This document shows, in pieces, positions 18,493 to 26,763 of a DNA stretch of 64,000 bases (within the stretch, counting starts at the first letter, position 1; the number at the start of each line of letters is the position of its first letter). A program made the position numbers and the translations under genes. Under the pieces are notes generated by a model, which had not been told where the DNA came from, ran no database searches, and was given only the letters and a program-made list of their open reading frames with translations. This stretch comes from Candidatus Omnitrophota bacterium (GTDB taxonomy: Bacteria > Omnitrophota > Gorgyraeia > Zapsychrales > Fredricksoniimonadaceae): the NCBI GenBank assembly GCA_030650275.1, contig JAUSEK010000005.1:39307-103306 (forward strand), in the 5' to 3' direction.

Positions 18493-21132
18493 ATGGAACT
18501 CCCCTCTCGTTATAATTTCCAGGAAACTGAATCTAAGTGGCTTAAGGTGTGGAAGGACGGCAATGTGTTTCATGCCGTCCCTGATCCCAAGAAAAAGCCA
18601 TTTACCGTCGTTATTCCTCCGCCCAATGTGACCGGGATCCTGCACATGGGTCACGCGTTGAACAATACCCTTCAGGACATCTTGGTCCGGTATAAACGCA
18701 TGAACGGTTTTTGCGCCCTGTGGATGCCGGGCACCGACCATGCCGGCATTGCCACCCAGAACGTTGTTGAGAAAGAACTGGCCAAGGAGGGCAAACACCG
18801 CCGGGACGTGGGGCGGGAGGCCTTCATTCAACGGCTGTGGGCGTGGAAAAAAGAATACGGGGACACCATTGTCCATCAATTGGAAAAATTGGGATCGTCC
18901 TGCGACTGGCCGCGCGCGCGTTTCACCATGGACGATGCTTACAGCGAGGCGGTCAAAGAGGCGTTCATTCACTTGTATGACAAGGGTTTGATTTACCGGG
19001 GGGAACGTATTATCAACTGGTGCCCCCGCTGCCAGACCGCGTTGTCCGACGAAGAAGCAGAGCATAAAGAGAAAAACGGCAAACTGTATCACATCCGTTA
19101 CCCATTGAAGGCAAATCCCGCAGAAGGTATCACCGTTGCCACGACGCGTCCGGAGACCATGCTCGGTGATACGGCTGTTGCCGTTCATCCCAAAGACAAA
19201 CGTTACCGTAATGCCGTTGGTCAGGAACTGGCCCTGCCTTTGACCGGGCGGGTGATCAAGGTCATCACGGATGATCTTGTGGCCATGGAATTCGGCACCG
19301 GTGCTGTCAAGGTGACCCCGGCCCATGACCCCAACGATTTTGCCATGGGCCAGCGGCACAATTTGGAATTCATCAATGTCATGCACCCTGACGGCCGCAT
19401 CAATGAAAAGGGCGGTAAATTCAGCGGTTTGGATCGTTTTGAAGCGCGTAAAAAGATCGTGGCTCAATTGGAAGAAGAAGGGCTGCTGGTCAAGACCGAA
19501 GACCACAAGCACGCGGTCGGTCATTGCTACCGCTGCGACACCGTTGTTGAACCGTATTTGTCCAAGCAATGGTTCGTCAAGATGGCGCCGTTGGCCGGGC
19601 CGGCTTTGCAAGCGGTGAAGAAAGGGACCATCCGCATCCGTCCTGAATATTGGGAAAAGGTGTATGTCAATTGGCTGACGGAGATCCGCGACTGGTGCAT
19701 TTCCCGTCAGATCTGGTGGGGGCATCGCATTCCGGTGTGGTATTGTGTGGGGGATGACAAATGCCTTTTAAAATGCAAAGAGCCCATTGTCAGCAGGACT
19801 ACTCCCCAACGCTGTCCCCACTGCGGTTCAACCAACCTTAAACAAGATGAAGATGTGCTGGACACCTGGTTTTCCTCGTGGCTGTGGCCGTTCGCGACCT
19901 TGGGCTGGCCCAGGGACAATGCTGACCTGAAATATTTTTACCCGACCAACACGCTATTCACCGCCTCGGAAATCATTTTCTTTTGGGTGGCGCGCATGAT
20001 CATGGCCGGCTATGAATTCATGGGCAAAGCGCCGTTCACGGAAGTGTTCATCCACGGCACGGTGCGCGATGCTCGTGGCCGCAAAATGTCCAAGTCCTTA
20101 GGCAACGCCATTGACCCGCTGGAGATCATTGAGGAATACGGGGCGGATGCTCTGCGTTTCAGTTTGATCATCAATTCCGGCCAGGACATTTTTATTTCCA
20201 AGGAAAAATTTGAGATCGGCCGCAATTTTGCCAATAAAATTTGGAATGCGGCACGTCTCGTGTTGGCCAAATGTTCTGACGTAGGGGCGTATAGCGATAC
20301 GCCCCTGCATGCAAATGAATTAGATCTGCCGTCGAGGTGGATCGTATCGCGTTTTTATCAGACGTTGGAAGGCGTCAGCAGCGCCATTGAGACGTTCCGT
20401 TACTCCGAGGCCGAAAATCTCATTTATGAATTCTTTTGGGGAGATTTTTGCGACTGGTATCTGGAACTGGCCAAACCGAAATTTGATGACAAGCAGGTGC
20501 AGAAAACGGCCGTATTCATTCTTAAGAATTCTCTTAAAATGATGCACCCGTTCATCCCGTTCGTGACCGAAGAGATCTACAGACACATGGGTCCCAAAGA
20601 AGAATGTTTGTCTGCCGCGTCCTGGCCTGTCCGTCAAAAAGGGGACATGGACCATAAGGCCGCGCAAGACATGCAGACCGTCATTGATCTGATCGGGGCT
20701 TTGCGCAATATCCGCACCCAGTGGAATATGGACCCCAAGGAAACAATGGACGCGTTTGTCGTTCCTGTTGACCGTAAAGAGGAGGAGCTGGTCACGGCTT
20801 ATGCCGCGGATGTCCGGCGCATGGCCCGTTTGAAAGACCTGACCATAGATACCAAAGCCCCGTCCTTGAGGGACTGCGCCACGGCCCTGGTGGGGCAGAC
20901 GAAGGTGTTTGTGCCTTTGGCCGGTATTGTGGACCTGGCTAAAGAAAAGAAGAAAATGGCGGATGATATTGCCCAAAAAACCAAGGCCATCCAGGCCTTA
21001 GAAGGGCGCTTGAACAATGAGGCCTTTACCTCCAAGGCCCCTACGGACGTCATCGCCAAGGAGCGCGAGCGCCTGGAAACCCTTACCAAAGAAACTGCCC
21101 AATTAAATCAGGTTTTGGCCAATTTAAAGTAG
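18493..21132 (+). CDS. valS: Valine--tRNA ligase
   Basis: PPPNVTG.LHMGH, DWCISRQ, KMSKS, C-terminal coiled coil. Confidence 0.98.
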   Translation: MELPSRYNFQETESKWLKVWKDGNVFHAVPDPKKKPFTVVIPPPNVTGILHMGHALNNTLQDILVRYKRMNGFCALWMPGTDHAGIATQNVVEKELAKEGKHRRDVGREAFIQRLWAWKKEYGDTIVHQLEKLGSSCDWPRARFTMDDAYSEAVKEAFIHLYDKGLIYRGERIINWCPRCQTALSDEEAEHKEKNGKLYHIRYPLKANPAEGITVATTRPETMLGDTAVAVHPKDKRYRNAVGQELALPLTGRVIKVITDDLVAMEFGTGAVKVTPAHDPNDFAMGQRHNLEFINVMHPDGRINEKGGKFSGLDRFEARKKIVAQLEEEGLLVKTEDHKHAVGHCYRCDTVVEPYLSKQWFVKMAPLAGPALQAVKKGTIRIRPEYWEKVYVNWLTEIRDWCISRQIWWGHRIPVWYCVGDDKCLLKCKEPIVSRTTPQRCPHCGSTNLKQDEDVLDTWFSSWLWPFATLGWPRDNADLKYFYPTNTLFTASEIIFFWVARMIMAGYEFMGKAPFTEVFIHGTVRDARGRKMSKSLGNAIDPLEIIEEYGADALRFSLIINSGQDIFISKEKFEIGRNFANKIWNAARLVLAKCSDVGAYSDTPLHANELDLPSRWIVSRFYQTLEGVSSAIETFRYSEAENLIYEFFWGDFCDWYLELAKPKFDDKQVQKTAVFILKNSLKMMHPFIPFVTEEIYRHMGPKEECLSAASWPVRQKGDMDHKAAQDMQTVIDLIGALRNIRTQWNMDPKETMDAFVVPVDRKEEELVTAYAADVRRMARLKDLTIDTKAPSLRDCATALVGQTKVFVPLAGIVDLAKEKKKMADDIAQKTKAIQALEGRLNNEAFTSKAPTDVIAKERERLETLTKETAQLNQVLANLK
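20281..20308. repeat. GTAG-type REP inside valS
   Basis: GTAGGGGCGTAT-AGCG-ATACGCCCCTGC. Confidence 0.75.
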
Positions 21133-21156
21133 TTATTAGGAAAGCGTTTGCCTGGT

Positions 21157-21184
21157 TTGCATTCACAGGCGCAGGTGTTATCCT
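21157..21184 (+). promoter_or_regulatory. Promoter for the riboswitch/pilin operon
   Basis: TTGCAT-16 nt-TATCCT with TG extension, about 7 nt before the aptamer. Confidence 0.55.
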
Positions 21185-21190
21185 TTAAGT

Positions 21191-21279
21191 GAGAGAAAAG
21201 AGCAAACCCGTCGAAAGGCGGGGACGCAAAGGATCGGGCCTAAACCCTTTAGGGGGCATGGCAGTCGAGCGCGCCTCTG
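21191..21279 (+). ncRNA. GEMM-I cyclic dinucleotide riboswitch (A20 variant)
   Basis: GCAAA-CCCGTC-GAAA-GGCGGG-GACGCAAAG...GGCCTAAA...ATGGCAG..GCC aligns with the Vc2 aptamer; P1 AGAG/CTCT. Confidence 0.9.
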
Positions 21280-21299
21280 AAATGTTTGAGTTTAACGAT

Positions 21300-21347
21300 A
21301 TCCAGACGTGCGTTCGATTTTAGCAACGCTGTCTGGATTTTATTTTT
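21300..21347 (+). terminator. Intrinsic terminator (riboswitch expression platform)
   Basis: ATCCAGAC..GCGTT / AACGC.GTCTGGAT stem followed by TTTATTTTT. Confidence 0.75.
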
Positions 21348-21367
21348 GGGAGGTTTATAATAAATGT

Positions 21368-21754
21368 ATGGTTAAAATATCCAATGATCAGGGGTTGACG
21401 ATGGCGGAACTGATCGTCACGATCTTTGTTCTGGGTGTGACTTTATCAAGCATCCTGATGTTCTTTACCAACGCGCGTGTGGCCGAGCAATACGCCCGCG
21501 ACTCCACGGTGGCGACGTCCCACGGGGAATACCTGATGGAGGAAATGAGGGCGCGCACCACACTGGCCAATATCATCGCTACGGACTGGCCGGCCTGGAC
21601 CGTGACGAAGGGATTGAACACCCTTCCCACGGAGACCATCAACACGGTCTACACCAATTCTTCGGCCGACCCTTTGGAGATCACGGTCAATGTCGGGTGG
21701 GTGCGTAACGCGCGCACTTATTTGTACAGTTTACTGACGAGGATGACAAAATGA
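21368..21754 (+). CDS. Type IV minor pilin/pseudopilin, PilV-like
   Basis: Prepilin motif QG|LTMAE plus hydrophobic helix. Confidence 0.8.
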   Translation: MVKISNDQGLTMAELIVTIFVLGVTLSSILMFFTNARVAEQYARDSTVATSHGEYLMEEMRARTTLANIIATDWPAWTVTKGLNTLPTETINTVYTNSSADPLEITVNVGWVRNARTYLYSLLTRMTK

Positions 21755-22221
21755 GGACGAACAGCGGTTTTTCAATGGTGGAAATGCTCGTGGTCGTCGG
21801 CATCTTTACGATGATGATGGCCGGGCTTTACACTGCTTTGGCCGCCGGCAATGTCTCGTGGCAGGCCAGCGAGAACGGGGTCGCCATCCAGAGGGACGCC
21901 CGCAACGCTTTGTGGGTCATGGCCAAGGACTTGCGCAAGGGTTCAGGCGCCGCCATTACCCAGTCCGTAGGGTCAACCACGCTGATATTCACACACCCGA
22001 CGGATGGCAGCGTCACGTACACGTGGTCCGACAGCGGGGCCAATGCCAAAAAATTGATCCGTCAAATGACCGCTTCTTCGCGTATTTTGGCCAATAACAT
22101 TTCCGCGCTGACGTTCACAGACCAGACAACGTCCATTTTGATCAGCACGACGGTGACCCGTTCTCCGACCGTGGGCCCGTCCGCCAGCTTGACTTTGTCG
22201 CAGGAGGTGGCTTACCGATGA
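21751..22221 (+). CDS. Type IV minor pilin, PilW-like
   Basis: Prepilin motif SG|FSMVE. Confidence 0.8.
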   Translation: MRTNSGFSMVEMLVVVGIFTMMMAGLYTALAAGNVSWQASENGVAIQRDARNALWVMAKDLRKGSGAAITQSVGSTTLIFTHPTDGSVTYTWSDSGANAKKLIRQMTASSRILANNISALTFTDQTTSILISTTVTRSPTVGPSASLTLSQEVAYR

Positions 22222-23351
22222 AAACGCCTATCTTACATAATTCCAAAGGCATTACGTTCGTGACTTCCTTAATGGTGGTCACGGTCCTGATCCTGTTGTC
22301 CGCGGGGTATATGATCTCCCTCATGACGGAATTCAGCACGGCCAAACGCTATCAGGACAGCACCAAGGCGCTCTGGTTAAGCGAGGCCGGGCTGGCTTAT
22401 TATATGAAGAACCCGACGATGCTGGACTCCGCGCCGCAAACGCAGACATTTTCATCGGGCTCGGTGTATATCAGCAAGGATGATTCCAGCGGTTCGCGGG
22501 AAGTGACTTTTTTAGGGACGGTTAACGGGAGCACCCGGAGCATCAAAGCGACCTTCCAGCCTTTTCCTCCGGATGTTTTTAATAATACAATGGCATCGGG
22601 GCACAATATCGTTTTAAGCGGTCTTTTGGCGACCATGAAGGTTTATGGGACGACGAAAATTTCCGGGGCTTATTCCCAAAGCGGTTTCTTGGCCTCGGGC
22701 TGGTTTGAAAGTAAGACCGAAGGAGTTGCCAGTGCTCAAACGACTTTGAAATTCCCGGACTCCAACGTTAACGGCACGCCCGATGAATTCAATGATTTTA
22801 AGGCCTTTTATCAGAACCTGGCCTCAACATACGCGCCCAGTGAAGTGGCGTACATTCAAAGCAGCGGTACGGTCAATATTGTGCCCAATTCATATCTTGC
22901 CGGAAAGAAATTGATCTATGTGGAAGGGGCCACGGCCGGCAGCGGGGACGTCAACATCCTTTTTGACGCCTCCTGGCAGGACAATGAAAATGTGACCGTG
23001 GTTTCAACCGGAGATATCACCTATCTTCAACCCCTGCAAGATACGGCCAATTCCAAGATGAATATGGTGGCCTGGGAGGATTATAATGAGGCCTCCATCC
23101 TGTCAAGCACGCATGCGGGCGTGACCTATGCCCACGATGATGCCAATTATTTTTCCATATTCAGTTTGTCCACGACGACCGGTAACGTGATCGCCAATGA
23201 CAATATCGCCGCGCTGGAGGTCTTATCGGACAAACGTTTTTATTACAATAATCCGGTCAGCGATAGCCAGGTGCCGCCCGGTTTTGAAGGGTTGATCTCT
23301 CAATCCGCGTCCGGTTTTCAGACAGAACCATCCTTATGGCAGGAGATCTGA
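22218..23351 (+). CDS. PilX-like minor pilin
   Basis: KG|ITFVT lacking E5, and ALWLSEAG motif typical of PilX. Confidence 0.75.
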   Translation: MKTPILHNSKGITFVTSLMVVTVLILLSAGYMISLMTEFSTAKRYQDSTKALWLSEAGLAYYMKNPTMLDSAPQTQTFSSGSVYISKDDSSGSREVTFLGTVNGSTRSIKATFQPFPPDVFNNTMASGHNIVLSGLLATMKVYGTTKISGAYSQSGFLASGWFESKTEGVASAQTTLKFPDSNVNGTPDEFNDFKAFYQNLASTYAPSEVAYIQSSGTVNIVPNSYLAGKKLIYVEGATAGSGDVNILFDASWQDNENVTVVSTGDITYLQPLQDTANSKMNMVAWEDYNEASILSSTHAGVTYAHDDANYFSIFSLSTTTGNVIANDNIAALEVLSDKRFYYNNPVSDSQVPPGFEGLISQSASGFQTEPSLWQEI

Positions 23352-23352
23352 A

Positions 23353-23844
23353 ATGACAAAACGCTGGCAATGGATCATTTTGGCCATGTTGGCGGGGCTT
23401 ATTGTGATGCGTTTTTGGGGCCCAAAGGCCCCCTTACACAAGGAGCCTGTTAATGCCGGTGTGCAGATACAAGCGGAAACAACTCCTGTTCCCGTTACGC
23501 CTAAAAGAAAATTAGTTCCCGAAGACCCGGCCAAATACGGTATGGTCGTCATAGCGCCCGGTGCCGAACCCGAAAACCAGGAGGAATGGGATCGCTTCAT
23601 GCAAAAGGCCATCGTGGAGCAGAAAATTTTGGAAACCCCTGAAGCCCAAAAAATGTTGGCGGAAACAAAAATGCCGCAAGAACAATACCGTCAAACTATG
23701 GACAAGGTTGACGCGGACATCGCCAAATTTGAAAAAATGGCAGGGGAGGGCCCTTTTGACCCCGAGACAAAAAAACGCCTGCAGGTCCTCTACCAGTTGA
23801 GGTCCTTGAGCAAACTGCTTGAGAAAAAAGTCACCCAGCCCTAA
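23353..23844 (+). CDS. Hypothetical membrane-anchored protein
   Basis: N-terminal TM, helical body, directly follows the pilins. Confidence 0.7.
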   Translation: MTKRWQWIILAMLAGLIVMRFWGPKAPLHKEPVNAGVQIQAETTPVPVTPKRKLVPEDPAKYGMVVIAPGAEPENQEEWDRFMQKAIVEQKILETPEAQKMLAETKMPQEQYRQTMDKVDADIAKFEKMAGEGPFDPETKKRLQVLYQLRSLSKLLEKKVTQP

Positions 23845-23872
23845 GCCGATTTTGTGTTATAATGACCCCTTC

Positions 23873-24715
23873 ATGAAAACCGCTGATATCCGTAAGATCG
23901 TGTCTTTAGCCCTGTCCGAGGACATAGGCCGGGGGGACGTGACCACCGATGCTTTGGTCCCGCGGGGCCGCAAAGCCGTGGTCCGTGTTGTTTTTAGGTC
24001 TCCCGGCGTTGTTTGCGGGCTTGGGCTAGCAGCCATGGCCTTTAAGTTGCTGGACCCCAAGGTCCGTTTTAAACCCCTGGTCCGTGACGGTGTTTTTTTG
24101 TCCAAGCCGGGACCTATTGCCCGTATCGAAGGTCCGGCCAGGGCCATTTTGACCGGGGAACGCGTGGCCTTGAATTTTCTGGGACGGCTTTCAGGCATTG
24201 CCACGCTCACGCGAAGGTTCGTTCAAAAGATCAGACCGTATAAGGCCATTATTTTAGATACCCGTAAAACGATCCCGTTGCTGCGCACGCTTGAACGTTA
24301 CGCGGTCCGTTGCGGGGGAGGGACCAATCACCGTTTTGACCTGGGTGTTGCGGTCCTGATCAAGGACAATCACCGCGCTTTTTGTTCCCCGGCCATGAGC
24401 ATTCCGGCGATGGTTTCCCGCGTCCGGAAAAAGAGCGGCCGGATCGAGGTGGAAGCAGACAATATGAAACAGGTGCGCGCGGCCCTGACCTCGTCGGCGG
24501 ACATCATTTTGCTGGATAATATGAGCCCGGGTCAAACGCGCAAAACCGTCTTATTGCGCGATCGCATGAGACCCAATGTTCACCTGGAGTCATCCGGCGG
24601 CATCACCCTGGCCAATGTCCGCGCTTACGCGGCCGCCGGAGTGGAGCGCATTTCCGTCGGCGCTTTGACCCATTCTTCCAAAGCCGTTGATGTTTCCATG
24701 GAGTTTATGTCATGA
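23873..24715 (+). CDS. nadC: Nicotinate-nucleotide pyrophosphorylase
   Basis: ED...GDVTT, DTRKT, NHRFDL, IKDNH, LLDNM, SGGIT. Confidence 0.95.
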   Translation: MKTADIRKIVSLALSEDIGRGDVTTDALVPRGRKAVVRVVFRSPGVVCGLGLAAMAFKLLDPKVRFKPLVRDGVFLSKPGPIARIEGPARAILTGERVALNFLGRLSGIATLTRRFVQKIRPYKAIILDTRKTIPLLRTLERYAVRCGGGTNHRFDLGVAVLIKDNHRAFCSPAMSIPAMVSRVRKKSGRIEVEADNMKQVRAALTSSADIILLDNMSPGQTRKTVLLRDRMRPNVHLESSGGITLANVRAYAAAGVERISVGALTHSSKAVDVSMEFMS

Positions 24716-25395
24716 GAGTGTTCGTGTTGGCCCTGTATGCGCTGTGCTGCTGGATGCCCGCAGGCGTAGCCCAGCAGGCGAAAGGCCCTGTCCCTGCTGA
24801 CGCAACGGAGATGGGTAACGCCATTTTTGATGATGAGGCCTTGCTGGACGGCTACGCGCAAAAATACGCGGATGAGCCCAAGGACATCCTTTTGGCCATG
24901 GTCGCTGATCATTCCGTGGGCGCCTACAAAAGTGCTGCCGCGATCCGCGTTTTCCGCCTGAAATACGCGGACCAGGTGTTGTCCGCTGAAAAACCGGTGG
25001 TCTTAAGAACATTGTTGCGCCGTCTCAACCGTACGGATTCAGCGTTCGTGCAGGTGGAGATCATGCACACGCTGGTGGTTGTGGACCGTTACCAGTATTT
25101 TGAACCAATGACATCGGCGCTCATCCAGAAAATGGACCATTATAACAACGTCGTCAGCGCCAATGCCTATGAGGCCTTGGATTTCATCACTAAAGGCAGT
25201 ACGCGCGCCAGGGAGGCCAGGATCGTATTCAATATCATCCGCAAGACCCTGTTTTTGTCGCGCAAACGTCTGGAAAATGTCAATGAACCGGGTGACCGGC
25301 TGAAGGCAAAATTGTCCCTGCTGCGCTGGTCCATCAAGGTTTTGGGCACGCAGGAATTGAAACGCCTGCCGTCGGGGGTGATACGGCTTTTATAA
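24712..25395 (+). CDS. Hypothetical secreted alpha-helical protein
   Basis: Signal peptide, ATGA coupling to nadC. Confidence 0.7.
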   Translation: MRVFVLALYALCCWMPAGVAQQAKGPVPADATEMGNAIFDDEALLDGYAQKYADEPKDILLAMVADHSVGAYKSAAAIRVFRLKYADQVLSAEKPVVLRTLLRRLNRTDSAFVQVEIMHTLVVVDRYQYFEPMTSALIQKMDHYNNVVSANAYEALDFITKGSTRAREARIVFNIIRKTLFLSRKRLENVNEPGDRLKAKLSLLRWSIKVLGTQELKRLPSGVIRLL

Positions 25396-25438
25396 ATCGC
25401 CTACACAAAAACCCGTACATTTGCTATACTCTAAGAAT

Positions 25439-26281
25439 ATGCTGCTCAACCAATTAACATTCCATGCCCCTAAAACCGTTCCTGAAGCGGCCAAACTGCT
25501 CGCGGACCTTAAAGACGTCAAGATCCTGGCCGGAGGGACCTTCCTTTTGAACAGTTTGAAACTTTTAAAGACCAAGGGAATAAAAACAGCGGCCCATGTC
25601 TTGAGTTTGGCCGCAATTGAAGACCTTAAAGGGATCAGCGTTGACCCCAAGGGCCTGACCATCCGCTCCATGACCACCATCACCGAGATCTTTGAAAGCC
25701 CTCATCTGAAGGACAATTTTCAGGTTTTGCGCACGGTGTGCCACAATATTTCAACGACGCCCATCCGCAATATGGCGACCTTCGGCGGTAATTTGACCTG
25801 CCGCTATACCTGGACGGAAATGCCGGCAGTCATGATCGCCCTGGATGCCCGGATGCATTTCATAGGTCCGGACGGAATGTCCCATGAAACGGGCGCGGAA
25901 GATTTTTTCAAGAACGCGGCCCGCACGGATAAAATATTCACTCACGCGTATATTCCCCGTGATACAGGCGCGTCCATTGCTTACCGCCGGGTCAAAAAAA
26001 TGTCCGACGTGGACGTGCCTTTATTGTCTTTGTGCGTCAAAACGAATTTGAAAGGCAAACAATGGTCCAATACGCGCGTCTCCATCAACAGCACAACGGT
26101 TTTTGCCCAGCGGGACATCCAACTGGAAGAATTTTTGAATAGCTCCCAGTCGCATCCAAAGTTGGGGGAGGAGGCGCTCAAACATTTGACCGCTTCCATT
26201 TATGACACCCGCAGCAGTGAATACAAACAGCATATGTTCCGTGTCTGCATCAAAACAGCTGTTGAGGAGATCGGCCGATGA
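25439..26281 (+). CDS. Xanthine dehydrogenase family FAD-binding subunit
   Basis: ILAGGT, IRNMATFGGN. Confidence 0.9.
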   Translation: MLLNQLTFHAPKTVPEAAKLLADLKDVKILAGGTFLLNSLKLLKTKGIKTAAHVLSLAAIEDLKGISVDPKGLTIRSMTTITEIFESPHLKDNFQVLRTVCHNISTTPIRNMATFGGNLTCRYTWTEMPAVMIALDARMHFIGPDGMSHETGAEDFFKNAARTDKIFTHAYIPRDTGASIAYRRVKKMSDVDVPLLSLCVKTNLKGKQWSNTRVSINSTTVFAQRDIQLEEFLNSSQSHPKLGEEALKHLTASIYDTRSSEYKQHMFRVCIKTAVEEIGR

Positions 26282-26763
26282 TCGTTTCGCTAAACATTAA
26301 CGGCCAAAAGCACGACCTGGACCTGAAGGGCAATGAAACTCTTTTGGAGGTCCTGCGCGACCGGCTGTCAATGACAGGCACCAAGACCGCGTGTCAGGAA
26401 AGCGAATGCGGCACCTGCACCGTCATGATCAACGGCAGGGCTATTTTGTCGTGCATCACTCTGGCGGTCAATTGTCAGGGCAACCGGATCACGACCATTG
26501 AGGGTCTGGCCAAAGGAGATGTGTTGCATCCGGTCCAGCAGGCCTATTTGGATTGCGGGGCCGTGCAATGCGGGTTTTGCATCCCCGGCCTCATCATGTC
26601 AACCACCGCTTTATTAGAAAAGAACCCTAAGCCCTCGCAGGAAGAGATCGAATATGCCCTGGACGGCAACATTTGCCGCTGTGCCGGGTATCCGAAGATC
26701 TTTGACGCTGTGCGCGAAGCAGGCAGGGTGATGGGCAAAAGCCATGAAAACAAAGATCAATAA
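26278..26763 (+). CDS. Xanthine dehydrogenase family 2Fe-2S subunit
   Basis: CQESECGTC, QCGFCIPG, NICRCAGY. Confidence 0.95.
   Translation: MIVSLNINGQKHDLDLKGNETLLEVLRDRLSMTGTKTACQESECGTCTVMINGRAILSCITLAVNCQGNRITTIEGLAKGDVLHPVQQAYLDCGAVQCGFCIPGLIMSTTALLEKNPKPSQEEIEYALDGNICRCAGYPKIFDAVREAGRVMGKSHENKDQ

Noticed and set aside
18403-19725. 440-aa antisense ORF (also 11582-12673, 14591-15463 and others)
   Set aside because: Antisense mirrors of strongly codon-biased core genes; no recognisable motifs
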